Positions 28,346-42,202 of a stretch of 64,000 bases of DNA are shown piece after piece (position 1 is the stretch's first letter; the number at the start of each line of letters is the position of its first letter). Made by a program: the position numbers and the translations under genes. The notes beneath the pieces were generated by a model. The model did no database searches and was not told where the DNA came from. It saw nothing but the letters and a program-made list of their open reading frames with translations. Where the stretch lies: positions 5,084,001-5,148,000 of the forward strand of contig CM114271.1 of assembly GCA_050084515.1 (NCBI GenBank), written 5' to 3'. The stretch comes from Blasia pusilla. Taxonomy: Eukaryota.

Positions 28346-30890
28346 ATGGTCCAGAGGTTAGAACCCGAGTCCAACTGGGAACCAACATGCTATTCCTTTT
28401 GTGCTTTGGGACAATTCGAGAAGCAGGTAGGATGTTCTGTGGACTTTAGGAAGGCCTTCGCGACTTGTAGCCTTCGAAAATCCGAGTTTACATCGCCTGT
28501 CCATTCACCTTGATACATCATGTTGATCGATTGTCGATTTCCAGTGGAGTTTGTTTCTCATTTTATCAGTTTTTTTAATTCACATCATGGAGCTCTTTTC
28601 GTGTTAGAAGAAGTCTAAAGCCTTGCCCTGGCATGGCCATCGAGTTGGGTGAGCTAGAATTTTCGTCAGACCTAAATTGAGTTTGTCTTGTTGGATGCTC
28701 TGCGGATTAGTGCTCTCAGCTTGTGACTCCCTGTGCTCATTAATTGCCAATTTTGTTATCGCAGCTCAAGCAGATGGCCTCCAGATTCTCTGCAGGGGCT
28801 TTGTACAGACACTGTCGACCGGCTTGCACGCAAGTGTCGAGGCATGATTTGCCTAATGGCAATCCCGTCGTGCATCCTTCTTGCGATGAAAATCAAAGTC
28901 CACAATTCTCGTTGAAGAGCTACAAGATGGACGCCCATAGTCCCGTTCGTTATAACCCAGGAGCAACGCCTGAGAATAACGCGGCTTACAAGCGTGCGCC
29001 GTTGAGAAATGTTAGAATCCTGCAGCGGAATCTCTCGGATACGGCTTTGAGCGATGATGGATCGATGCGTGGAACAGCAAGTCCTGTTATCAAGGCGGTG
29101 GACAGTGAGTGGGTTGCACAAGTTGAACCAGGAGTTTACATCACATTTGTTTCATCTTCGGACGGATTTAACGACCTGAAGAGGATCAAGTTCAGGTCAG
29201 CTCCTTACCTCGACCTGTCTAATCGCCTTGATAGATGTGAATCCTCTGTTAGAATCCCTTTCACCACGATTGGCTGGAAAACTCTTGCGTCTAAACACTT
29301 CTATGTACAGACATTTTTCAACCAATTCCTGTAAGCTTTTTCCAACTGAGGAAGTTCTAATATTTTAGCCCCACGGTATAGAAGCCGTATTAAATTAGCA
29401 TGAGTGGGTCGCATTAGAGTGTTTATGGTCAGTAGTTGTTTTTATGAACAAGGTGACGTTTCGAGGATCGGCGAAGAGTATATTCCATGTTTTTTCATAT
29501 CAGTCTTCTGCGTGTGATTGTGCAGCCGCAATATCTTCAGCAAACAACAAGCTGAAGGCTGGTGGACTCAAAACTGTACGTTGGTACGGGAGTTATACAA
29601 CGTTCGTCCGCCGTCCTCGACCGCCGACGAAGATGTAAGTGGCCTCTTCGTTCTGCGCTCTTACCTCACACGGCAGCCTGCTGCTCGAGGTTATGTACCT
29701 CGCAAGTATCATATGGACTTGTCATGCCTAGTCTTTCTTGAAGGGTTACATCTTGTACCTTCTTGAACTCCGAGGTGACTCAGCTGATTTCGTTCTGAGA
29801 AAGGAACCGACAATGTTCTTTTATTGGAATTTTGCACGTCCCTTCTACTCTCACTCTCAATGGATTTCGGCAAGCTTCGAAATTCTGGCCACTCGCATTC
29901 CTGCAAGTCGACATTTTGAGTGCTTCCACCGGTGCACTTTGACTCCTTGGTGAAGTTCACTTAGGAGGCAAAGTGTTGGATCGCCGATAACGTGCGATTC
30001 AACACGATATTGAATCATTGGAAAGTGTCTCTTTGTTACTACTGACTCGTGTAAGTATGAAAATTTGGGTTCGTCTGATTACGAAGTCGCTCCTACATGC
30101 CGAGATGCAGTTTGCTCCCCACTTAAAAATTTCTTACGTTTTCATGCTGGAGCACTAACATAGACGATGCCGTTATGATGAGTCGAAGCGTGAGAATCTA
30201 CGTTGGAGTCAGCATTCTGACATCTTGAATTTTCAATGGAGCAGCGTTTTTCCTCTGGTTACGCTACTCCAGATGCCTACAGCACAAGAAGTCCTTGCCA
30301 ATCGCTGAATGGAGACTATTCACTCACTAGGAAGAAGTCTACGGCGGATACGCGGAGCAACGGTTCCCAAAGAAGTGACTATGGAAATAGCGAGTGGGTT
30401 GAACAAGATGAGCCCGGGGTGTATCTTACCATCATATATGTTCCAGGCGTTGGCAAACAGCTCAGACGAGTGCGATTCAGGTTATTCCTCCCCTCATCTC
30501 TCACGTAAACTGATAGTCTTTACCTGCCCAACCTTTCCCTCTGCACATGTTATCATTGATTGTGTTAAAGGGACCATCCCTCAGTCAACGGAGGATGATT
30601 TCCTTAGGCAATTTACCTTGGAGCTAGAAGGAATATTCACGTCTCCTTAGTCCGATATCACTCATTGAACAGGTCTTTACAGAGGTCCACGAGTGGTCGA
30701 ATAGCGGGGTACAATTATTCCAAATCATTGCTGAAGCTTATGTGGTATTGTTCTGATCCCATCTTTGTATCGTGGGTGATACAGCCGAGAGAAATATTCT
30801 GAGTCAGAAGCGACGGCATGGTGGGGGCAAAACCGCCAAAGGGTATACTCACAATATATCGGTAAAATGTCAGCGTTTCAGGGCAAATAG
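28346..30890 (+). CDS. BRXL: BREVIS RADIX-like protein with two BRX domains; exons 28346-28426 (tentative), 28765-29195, 29526-29634, 30245-30480, 30785-30890
   Basis: LKQMASRFSAGALYRHCRP (BRX N-terminal motif); EWVAQVEPGVYITF..NDLKRIKFSRNIFSKQQAEGWWTQN; EWVEQDEPGVYLTI..KQLRRVRFSREKYSESEATAWWGQNRQRVYSQY. GT-AG introns preserve the frame. The first exon is least certain. Confidence 0.92.
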
Positions 30891-33800
30891 AACCGTTCTC
30901 ACTTGACAATTTGTCCAGGTATTGAGCATCATCTTGAATCGATTTTTTGCCAGTATTTTACTGCTCTTGGCAGTGGGCCTCGATTTTGCGGTTGTGGACA
31001 TGAAATGTTCATCTCCCCAGGAATGCAGATGTTCCTAAAGAAGCAAAACAATGGGTCCAGACTCAATACGGATGATCTTCACCTTGCAACGCGGCTGTAC
31101 TATATTTATTTGAAGTCTATACAATTCTCGAGATACTTGAATTTCTGCAAAGTTCTCCGAGGTCGCCAGCGAATGGTGACACTACTGAAAATCTGCTTGG
31201 CTTTAGAAGAAGAGGATGTGGAGATGAGAGTGGTACTTCCACCGAAGAATCGAGCCAGTAATGAATGCTTGTCCTGTTCAAGCAGTGGATAAGAGTGCTT
31301 GACTCTCAGGTTATGTTCCGGGGGGAGTCTGGACTCAGTCGTTACCACAGGCCAGTGTGGTCGTTGGACGACACAATATGAACGCGACTTAGCAAGTGCC
31401 GTCACTACTTATACATATCAGAAACATCGGATCGGGAGTTCTCGTGTAGCTGCGAATGCAATTATCCGACAGATGAGAGTCCAGTGGCCTTTTAATGACC
31501 CTCCTATGGTCTGAAAGAGTGAGAGTCGTCCTAGGCCAGTACAGATGTTGAAGGCTATCTGGAGAACATCAGCTCTTGTGAGTGTGACAACTGTTATACC
31601 CCCGACTTAAGAGTGCACTTCAGGAGACTTAGTCAAGACACAGCTTTGTAACTGCGTCTGGGTGTATGGAACTTCACGGCAGCTAGTATTCTTTAGAAAG
31701 AATACAGAGGGTTGTAACAGCTTTAAGTTAGATAATGCACTTAGTCTGTAGTTTTGGTGATGGCGTGACAATCCAAGTCGTTCCATCACTATGTGCCTGT
31801 GACATGGCAGATTCTGGTCATTCTAACCGAGTCAAACTTCGCTGATGGTGTAGCCACAAATTATGCAACCCTGGTAATGTGAGATGAGCTCCTTGCTCGT
31901 TATCTACCAGTGAAGTTGCCCCAGATTCTTCGTAACCTTAATTGAGATAGTTGAACTGTAGTTTTCATTCACTGAGTCTTTGTGCATCCCCGGAGGTGCG
32001 ATAGGAGCATGATATATTACTTCTTCGCTTTCTACCTGTGGGACTGCAAGACTCTGTTTAGAAATTTTCTCGCTAGATCGACAAAATCTCCTGTAGAATT
32101 CGGTTCTCTCTAGAGGCTACATGCTCTTGTCAGGTAGGAACTTCACTTGGTTAGGTTGAGAGCACCATCTACCTGAAAATGAGTGAGGACAAAATGTGGG
32201 ATCTCGGTTCATATATTCACAAAATTTATGAAGTGATTGCCAAGATTCCCTTATCAGTAACTGAGGGCTGTAGGGAGGTAGACAGATTCATCTTTGCTGG
32301 TTCTCATTATGATCTAAGGTGAAAAAGTTGATGTTTTCAGATTTATCTGAGCAAGGATCTCATCAGTACGGTTTTGCTTGATTGAATTACCACGTAAAGC
32401 TCTTCTTTGCAGTGTTTTGTCTGTATGGAGTCTTCAATGTGGCAGTGATTTAGGAATCTCACTAAGGATTTCCATGGGTAGACATTTACTGCCCATGTAA
32501 TGCACTACACTAGTTCTTTCATGTTTCCTCTGCAGAGGCATTCAGTTTGTCGCAAGTTCTTACCTTTTCCTCTACCCTATGGCACTTCCGGGTAGTAGCC
32601 GATTTCAGATCTGTTGAAGAATGTCGAGCGTGATCAATTGCAGGATTTTTCTGGACCAAAGCAGCATTTCCGTGTGCTTACTGTGCATGCTTCTCGCGGA
32701 AGGTTGTTGTGGGACAACCAATAAAACCGCCTTTGGTGGTCAGGCTAAATTTTTTGAAGGCTGTGTTAACAAGTGCATCTGTTTGCTGTGACATTCCTCC
32801 TCTTCGTAGCCGCCCCAGACTTGAGGCAGTCGTGAACTCTTTCAAAAGGACTCGGTGTTTACCGAATTGGGTTCTCCTTGCTCGTGGACACTTGCAACCG
32901 GGACCTCAGATTGACTTTGGGCGAGACAACTGGAATGAATGTTCACCACGGCTCTACCAAAAGTTCCGAAGAGACGGTTTCCACTCAAATCATGCTAGAG
33001 GAGTTGCCCAGTTACTTGCAGCCCAATGGATTTCGGACGTTTGTTGCAAAATTCGAGAGCGGATACATCACGGATACTTCCATCCACCTGATCTCAGAAA
33101 ACATGTATCTGTCTACACCATGTGTACGCAAACGCGCAGGTGATAACATTTGACCTTCCGTGGTCTGGGTTTAGCTCGTTTCCTCGTCCTTCAATCCATA
33201 ATAGTTGTCTACCACAAAGTCGTCCTTCATTCACTCATTGGGGTCAATTTCTTTCGCTGCTGGTCATAAAATAACTGTTTCCTGAGACATACGCGGAAAC
33301 TGGGATGAAACACAAAACTGATCTGATCCTTCTTTTATTCACTCACGAATACCATGTGTCTCTGCTGCAGGTCATGAGGGAACCGAAACGACGAGAAACA
33401 AGGAAGATACGATGAAAACTCACGCATTCTGTATCTTCTTTAATACGCTCACGAATCCCGTGCCTTTCTGCTGCAGGTCATAATGAAACTGTCACGACGA
33501 GAAACCAGGGAAATACGATTTGAAACGACTTTTTGCGTACCACTGATCCTTCTTTTATCTACACTTTCTGCTGCAGTCGTACCGTAATGTGGCAGTTGTC
33601 CCGTCAACCTTATTCGATACCGCCCTCGACGGTGCAGATTGTGCTTCTGGATGGAGTGGTTGCACGCGCAGATGGCAGGCGCGCTTGCGTTTGCTTCGAA
33701 TTTTACGACAAGCTCCATCCCCATTCAAATCAGCAGAATACACTGAATGCCTGCAATTGGAACCTCATGGAAAATTGTCTTGCTGCTTGTTTGCCGTCCG

Positions 33801-35788
33801 GGACTCTGATGGATGGAAGGGACTACACGGACTGATGTAACTTGTGCCTTATGCAATGGTAAAGGGAAGAAAAGGGTATTAATATGCGGAGATTGCCATC
33901 TTCGATTTCCAAAGTCACCGTTGCCTACCTATCTTCTTGAAGATATAGTGTATAGATAAGATACAAATGCAAGTTACACGAGCACATTATCTTCGTTTAT
34001 ACTAGTGAAATGGACTGCAAAGTACTTGTAATGAACATTGTGAATGACACATTTAAAATTGGCTAAGAGTTTAAAACATGAGAAGGTGCATTATGGATTG
34101 AATTAATGTGTTGTAAGTGTGAGCAAAAGGATCATTAGTTGAATAAATCATACATATATCAACAATGTATACCTTTGAATTGTTGTACGCAGGTGGCAAG
34201 CATGGATTTGAGTAAAAATATTCTCACTATGAAAGTAATAGGTGGTAAATAGCAAAAAGAAAAATTGCATATGAGTGAGATTGGAAATGATTTTATGTGT
34301 ACATGTGCAGTGCAAAAAGTAAGTTGGATAAGGTAAAGAGCAACATGAAATTTTATGACGGAGTTTGAAATGAAACATTCAATGTAAATAAATCAAAGAA
34401 AATAAAAGTGGGTGGTGATCACAATGATTGTAAAAGTATGCTCACAAAGACACTTTTGCACCCAAGTTTGAGTGTTGTTGGTAGAGACCTTATGAAAATA
34501 TGCCCAAAAAAATCCTGGGAGAAACAAAAATTGCTAGAAGTTATAGGAAGACAACTTGAAAATCTTCAAGTGTACGTGAAGTAGGTAAAGAGAGCATTAT
34601 ATGACCCTTTCCTAATCAAATACATTAGATGTTACTCCATCTTCTATGGTAATCACTTCACCCTCTACAGTCACGAAACATGGATTGAATCAAATCTAAC
34701 TGAAGTGACAACTTTTGGACTATTTTCTAGTAGAGGATGTATGTGCTTTTCAAAATAAAAAATCTGATCTCTTACCTGTTTTAATTGCTTCTTAATTCAC
34801 TCAACTCGGAATACTAATCCTGGTTATCCTCTAGTGCAAAATTAACTTCTGTAAAGCTTGGAACAATTAAACAAGAATTGGTTAGATGTTTAAAGTTTGA
34901 TTTGAAACAAGACTGTAAAGACAGTAGAACATACATCATGAATTGCATGAAAAAGTATGCAATACAATGGTAAACACATTGGATTCTTGTGTTTCATTGA
35001 GTGGATATATCAAACACTAAATTATGAAATGCAATAAGAAAGAGAATTTAAGAAAAAATGAATATATAATTTAGTATGTGGAAAAGGTAAACTTAAAATA
35101 TTTGATAAAATATTGAATGATGTGCACAGAGGTATAAATGAGTGAAAATTATACACTTGTATTAAGTATATGTATTGTAGTATGAGAGTTCGAAAAAATA
35201 ATAGATATATATATATATAAGAATATATGCCTAAGAAAGCATATATGAACTGAAAAACCATCATAGTCATGTCTATAACTAAAAGGAATGCTTTGAAAAT
35301 CTATGGAAAGCATATGGGAATATAAAAAGTGTCCAAAAGAGAGCCAAAAGTGGGAAGTAACGTTGTGAAAATGTTGAAGGCATATGCCAAAAGGAAGAGC
35401 ATCATGGTGACGTCCACAACTGCACAAAAACCATGTGATGATCAAGAACATACAACAATATCAAAACTCAACATGGAGAGCATGGAAAAAATTGAACATA
35501 TTTAAAATGGAATAGCTAATGACATAATATCTATACTTGGATTTGGAAAGAGTCCTAAATGAACTAGGCACACTTTCGTTTGTTTGGTGACCCGATAAGA
35601 AGGTTTGGCTCAAAGCTATCCTTTGGGACAATGGGTATGGCTAGAACTTCTTCTAGGCTTTGTGAAGTTTGAGGGAAGGAAGAGGTAGTAGCATGTGTAT
35701 TGCCATTTCTAGGAGTTGATGAGACAACGATAACATCCTCAAAATCAAGAAACAAGGAGGTTATTGGTGATTTTCTAGGTCAATAGGA

Positions 35789-36304
35789 TGTCACGTCTTT
35801 TAGGATAGATCGGTGAGATCTAGTAGAGCGCCTTCGTGAGTAGTGGAGGACAGGCTTAGTAGGTCGAGGATGACCTGATGAGGCCCCGAGAAACCTGAGA
35901 GAGCAGGTTTTCCCTTCGATTCGGCTCATTTGGAGCCATGTTGAAGAACTTACTATTTTAGATAAGTACCATTTTGAGTATATGATCGAATTATTATTTT
36001 TGGTAAGTGGCCCTTGACCTCCTACATCAGGTCAAGAGCCAAGGTATGACTTGGGAGAATAGGTTACCATGGAGAGAGCTTAGAGAGGGGAGGGGTATAC
36101 CTCAAGGAAAGAGAGTTTGAGAGCTCATTCTTTCTTTGTTGAACCTCTTGGCATGAGGCGTCGGAGATATGGTCTTGCTTGCCTTGTGTGTGTAACCAAA
36201 GCCTCTCATTAGGAGAGTGGGTTTGGTTTGACATTGAGAGAGACATGTGAGAGTGCACACATGTGAGAACTATGGTGTTGTGAGAGAGATTGGATCTTAC
36301 GTTA
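35789..36304 (+). repeat. Terminal repeat A1
   Basis: Direct repeat of 45571-46089. Followed by a GA-rich tract, not by B or a TGG primer-binding site. Confidence 0.9.
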
Positions 36305-38189
36305 CAAAGAGAGAAAAAGAGAAAGAGAGAGTGAGAGAGTGAGAGAGTGAGAGAGCTTCATGGGGGAGCTCACTTGTCACTCGTTTTTTTCCAGTTTAGG
36401 GACTGTTTTCCCCATTCAACGGCTCATGGGAGTGCTCACCGGAGCAAGGGCTGATTTGATTGTTCTTTGCATTTGTCGATTTTTCGTGTGGAAGAGTGGT
36501 GCGCAGAAGCGCTCCCCAATTTTTGATAGGGATTGATTATGGGGGCGGGTTGCCCCATGCCGGTGCTCTCGAGAGCACCATGTAGCTTTCTGATTTGTAT
36601 TTTTACAGGTTTTACATTTTGGTTGGGAGAAATTAGCGCGGAAGGGCTGCCAAATTTTGTGTAGGAGAAAGAGACATTGGGCTTTACGACAATCCCCATC
36701 AGTTTTTACTGGAATGTCCAATTCCAAATATTTTTTTGACGCTGTTGTAGATCGTGAATCTATGCACGTTGTGCAAAAACAGTGCACAATTTGGAGTTGT
36801 GAGTAAAAAGTTATGGTCAATCTTGAAAAATTGCCATTGCTAGGTGATTTTTAGGGTTAAATTGTTCAAACCCTAAACTAGTTGCCACGCTGGCGGCGGC
36901 TGTCACCTTCATAGTCATCGTCACCGGTAAATGGTCAACATCACCATCAACGGTCTATCATCATCATCAACGGTCAACCATCACCGTCAATGGTCCACCG
37001 TCCGCTGGCCACCGTTGGCCGTTGCTGTTGCCCAGCGTTGCTCAAAGCCGCATTCGGCCGTTGTCCACCCTTTGGTTGCCATTGCCGCCATTACAGAGTG
37101 GAGGGTCTTCCACGACGTTTGTTGATTCTCTGACTTGCGTCGCCACCATGTACTTTGTTTTGGCCGCCACCGTCATCGAAGTTTTGTCGTCAACCAGTGA
37201 CGGTAGATGACCTCCAATTATGGTTTTTGAGTTTTTATTTCATGCTGCTATGTTGTGATTGGTAGCTGCTCCACGATGATCGAGTACCGTGCTATGACGC
37301 TCGTAGCTGCAATGCGCCGCCGATTGCCGCGCCGTGCCGTCTTGATCCCGGAGTCACACGTCATTGGGGACCAGAGTGTGGGTTTATTGTTGATTAAGGA
37401 GGGTATGGCGCCAAGTGCCACATCCCACCATCGGGGGCCGTGCCATTTGTAGCCATTCTGTGCCGCCTGCAATGCCGCACTGTTCCGCTGGAACTGCACT
37501 GACTACTGAGGAGTTTTGAGCAGCATTAGTACGAGAGGAGTATGACTTGCTGATTGGAGGATTTGTCTCCACGATCGAGTTGGGGTTGAGATTTGCAGTT
37601 GTTGAGGAGCGACATCGACATGTGTTCAGGTTACCCATTCTGGTCCTTTACCCTGCACGCGTGAGGGATTCTGGGATTTGGGTAGTTAATTTGGGGATAT
37701 TGGGTTGTGTGGATGCTGAGAGCATCATTTATGTATGTGGTTTAGGGCACATAGACATGTGTGGGATGTCCGGAGTTGAGGGTAGGTTGTCGATGAGATG
37801 ATAGCCTGGTCGATTTTCCGCACCACGCCGCTTGTTGCCGCACGTTACACGTCTCGGGGAGGGAGAGTGTAGATGAGTGCTCCATGTTTGGGATGAGTGA
37901 TTGAAGGATTAATCGCGAGGTTGAGAGTGATCGTGTGAGAGGGGCACGAGGGCCATCACGGCGTCCTTTCAGGATTTTGAGAGGCGAGGTAGTGGACTTG
38001 AGAGTAGCTCTGGAGGGTTTACCTGGAGTGGTGCGAGGTTTTGAGGGTCTCCATATGAGAGATCACCTCGATCTCCTTCTATATCATCTTCAAATGAGGG
38101 GGAGCGTGTAGGGGAGTTTGTGAGCACATCGCCACACATTGTGACCGGTCCTACCAGTTGGGCGTACGAGATGGACGATCGGGGTAGAG

Positions 38190-39612
38190 GACCGCGTAGG
38201 TTTTCAAGTGTAGTAGGCACGATTGAGTTGCACAATTTCATAGCAGAGTTTAGGAGTTGATGCGACTCCCAGCGAGCCAAGAACTCTAGAGAGGTCAACC
38301 CGTTTACAACATGGAACGGTATGTTCTAGCATTTAGAGGGGGCGCCCATGGACGATTACCATGAGTTCTCTTAGAGATATGCACGTGAGATCGAGGCGCG
38401 GAGGCTCTACTATGACCCACATTATATGTCATGGACACAACCGTTCTCAGATGAAGAGGAGGAGTTAGTAGAGGCTACTTCCTCTTCCACTAGTGACATT
38501 TTAGGAGGGGTCACTCGCACGGGAGCAGTTGCACCGTCTAGTCGGGTTCGTCCTAGGTTCAACCCTCTAGTTGAGTTCTTTGCTGAGTTGAGGGCAAGCT
38601 ACCAGGGGTATGGACGGAGAAGTTGCAGAGCATCCACGACTTCCAAAGGCGCCCGGGTGAGAGCTTGCGTGAGGCTTACACTCGCTTGCGCCGATTGATC
38701 AACGTCACTCAAGGGGTGACAGAGGCTCAGACTATCCAGTCATGGTACGCGATGATGGACCGGACCCTGCGCACACGGGTGCGGGAGGGGGTGCTTCTTA
38801 TGAACAACTCCCCTATGTTGAGAGATGTTTTTAGGACCGCCAAGAACATTGAGCGCAACATGGCGGAGGAGAGCGTAGCCACCATGGGTTCTGGGCGAGA
38901 GCTGTCACGATTTCCTGCACTACCTGTGCAGCAACGTGGACTACGAGATAGGTCGAGTGTGGCACCACGAGCTCAAGGAGGATACCGGGGGGCCGTGCCA
39001 CAGAGACCTACGCCTTCATATGCGGCTCAACAACAACCGCCTACTATTACTTGTTGGTCATGTGGTGAAGCCCATCATCAGCGTGATTGCACTCGTCAGG
39101 GTCATGGATATGTGCCTCAATATGGAGGAGGAGATGGTGCTGCACTAGGAGGTTATCAATGTGACTATTGTCAGAGGTATGGTCATACACGCGCCAGGTG
39201 TTTCAGTTTACATCTTGAGTTACGTCCGGACCGAGGGCCAGAGAGGGCACCAGAGCGAGTAGTCAGTCCGGGTGGGCCTAGAGAGCGTGCACCAGGTTGT
39301 CCCGTTGGGGGACGAGGAGCTGGAGTTGCCCCACATGATGGTGGAGTTGCCCATGGAGGAGGTAGAGTACCACCACCTAGACGCGCTGAGGGAGACGTTG
39401 GATGTGAGGCTGGGATGGCTGCTCAGATATCGCAGCTACAAGAGCAGATTTGCCGTTATGGCATTGAGGTTACCGATGCCGGATCCGTGGCATTGACATC
39501 ATATGGAGCAGCCAGAGATCTGCAAGATTGTGGTTGGATGTGCGGGGTTGCCCATATGGAGGCAACCGTAGTTGTGGCGCGTGGAGCAGCCGTAGAGTTG
39601 GATCCACAATGA
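38190..39612 (+). pseudogene. gag: gag with two CCHC zinc knuckles
   Basis: FQRRPGESLREAYTRLRRL (retrotransposon gag), CWSCGEAHHQRDC, CDYCQRYGHTRARC. In-frame stops upstream. Confidence 0.85.
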
Positions 39613-40079
39613 GGGAAAGCCAAGAAACAGACTAGGCTTCCTCAGTCTTTCATGTTGTCCGAGGCAATGAGGACCCCATCGATGGGTCCTGATTAGAGTT
39701 TGTGGAGAGTTGGTGATGTTGTTGGTATGCATGCACGGAGGGCGATGGGAGAAGCGAGTGCAACGACTCCTATTGTTGATGTTCAGAAGGGGCATGTGTC
39801 GAGCATGTTTTTGGAGGCGGCCACCATTGTGTACCACCCTCCTTTATTTTTTGCTTCCGATGTGATGACATTGGGGGATACGCCCGCGGAGGCTTTTCGG
39901 CTGGCCGCTACTCTACGTGGGCGTGGAGTTGGAGTTCTTGCATCACATTCAAAGATGATTGCAGAGGAGTTATGGACATGCCCTTGGAGCGGATGCTCAG
40001 GCCGTCCACGTCAGATTTATGGCAAGCTGCGGCTGCTAGGATGGCGGAGATGCCCGCTAGACCCGCAATAGAGCATGCC

Positions 40080-40500
40080 ATGGCTTCTCCTGGTGTTGTG
40101 TTGTTGGATAACCGAGGAGAGGTCTTCCACTTGGTGAGTCCCGGAGGTAGAGCTTTTAGTCCGCAACGCGTCTTGTTGGATTCAAGAGCACAACCCTTGA
40201 TGTTGGTGATAACGTCATTCAGAGGATTGGGCTTGATGAGAGCCGATGTGGAGCGTTTTCCATTCCGGATATAGACATCCTTGGGTGGAGCGAGTACCAC
40301 ACAGTATATCACCCGACAAGAGGTCGTGGTGAGGATTCGCCCGGGACATCCTACAGATGAGTCCGTGGCGCGAGCCAAGGCAATAGTGATTGATGCACGA
40401 GTCCTACGACGTCTTGGTTGGTGGAGCAGTGTTATACCCGATGGGGTTTTCCCTGGATTACTGGGAGGAGTCAGCATCCTACAGACTAGGATGGTAGTCA
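40080..40500 (+). pseudogene. Retropepsin-like aspartic protease
   Basis: RVLLDSRAQPLML (D-S-G motif with G>R), in the expected position after gag. Confidence 0.7.
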
Positions 40501-40889
40501 AATGATGGGCGCCTTAGCTCATTACCCGTTCGATTCACAGGTGCAGTGATCGAGCGACGGCCAAGAGAGGTGGCGACCTTAGCAGCATTTAGCAGTGCCA
40601 TCACGTTGCCTAGTGATTTGATTGAGGGACATGTCCATGCAGACGATACTCCCGTTCCTAAAATTTCTATGGAGAGGAGTGTTATGGTAGCCGCATCATT
40701 CCGTGGAGGAGAGGTGCCGTTGTGGGGCTCGACTGAGGAGCTTCGACGATTGGCAGATGAGCACGTGCATATCACGTGGAGCGAGGCGTTTGCACCGGAG
40801 CGTGACGGGTCTGAGGAACCGAGGTAGCAGGGAGTGCTACGATGACACCCTTGGATACCACACCCATTGTGTGGTGTATCCCGGAGGAG

Positions 40890-41850
40890 GGTATTTGAGT
40901 GTTAGATCTCTTTGGAGGGATTAGCACCGGGTTAGCTGATGTTTTGCAGGCAGGAGTGCGAGTGTAGCAGTACCTGTAAGTGGATAGTGATGATGTTGCG
41001 AGGCCCATCTCACTACGACATGTGGCGCAGTTATGCCTATGTTTTCCCGACTTATTGTCTCCGTCCGTGGTATAGGAATACCAGAGTTCCCTATCGAGGG
41101 ATATTTCGTTGCTGGGGGCGCAGGACTTAGACCGGTTAGGCACCATTGATTTGGTCATTGCCGGTTGGCCATGTCAAGGCCAATCGAGTGCTGGACGAGG
41201 CAGTGGGTTGGCTAACACTTGGTCCATGTTGTTTTGGGAGATGTTGAGGGTCTTACGACAGTTGCAGGAGCACCAGTCTCGTTCTCTAGCCTACATTCTG
41301 GAGAATGTGCCAATCTTAGGAGACTCGAGGTCACGGGTGGTGACGAGTGCTCATCACGTGCGTGCCTGGATCGGCCCAACAGTGTTCTTGGATGCGGTGA
41401 GTGTAGGTTCTAGAGCCCATCGCCCGCATCTATGGTGGACCAACTTGGTGCCCCATGCGGTGTTACGAAGGGCGTATGCGAGAGTGGAGCGCCCCTCCCG
41501 TTTGTTAGTGGATTCCATTCTGGATCCAGGTCGTCGCTCACACGCAATGAGGCAAGATGATCGACCACCATTGATTTTGGTCAACAGGGTAGGCAAGCCG
41601 CGGGCAACCTTTCCCACGTTTGTGAGTTTTCCGCTTCCTATGTATACAAGGAGGCCGGTCCTGGCTTGGTTTGGGATGACCAAGTTCAGAGGTTGGTGGA
41701 GCCCAACGTCGACGAGAGAGAGCAGGCGATGGGATTTCCCACACGAGTGACGGAAATACCGTCAGTATTAGAGGTGTCACGACGCCATGTCTTGGGTCAG
41801 GCGATGGACCTGAACTAATTGACATGGATCTTCAGCTTGGGACTGGCTTA
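40890..41850 (+). pseudogene. DNMT3-like C5 DNA cytosine methyltransferase domain inside pol
   Basis: Motif I VLDLFGGISTGL (40899). Motif IV DLVIAGWPCQG (catalytic Cys 41172). Motif VI LENV (41301). Motif VIII region FLDAVSVGSRAHRPHLWWTNL. After a 1-nt frameshift at about 41633, motifs IX/X EREQAMGFP..SRRHVLGQAMD. Several in-frame stops. Confidence 0.93.
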
Positions 41851-42202
41851 GCAACGTCGGATGAGATCTCGACAGATCACAGCGGTTGCGTTGGTGAGCC
41901 CCATGCCTATCGAGACGATGGAGGCAGTGGCTAGGGGCAAGACCTGAGGAGATCTACACACCATGGGAGATCTAGAGAGACACCCTTGGACTTCTTGGGA
42001 TGTTTTGTAGGTACGCCAGGAGATGATAGCCACAACATCGAGCGTGGTTCCGGGCACTGCACATGGAGGAGATCAGAGTTTGCAGTTGCCTGTAGAAGAG
42101 CCGCCGAGTGTTGTTGTTCGAGACGGGGTTGCACCATAGCAACCACCGATACCTGCGTCGGAGAGTCCTACCGTAGTCACGATGGAGACTTGAGATCCAG
42201 AT

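Noticed and set aside
30903-33840. Several 60-144 aa ORFs downstream of the BRX-like gene
   Set aside because: No domain similarity or coherent exon chain recognised. Could be UTR or non-coding transcript, but unsupported.
40890-41850. Host DNMT3/DRM gene or bacterial contaminant
   Set aside because: It is intronless, lies inside pol between PR and RT, and is repeated at the same position in a second element copy.
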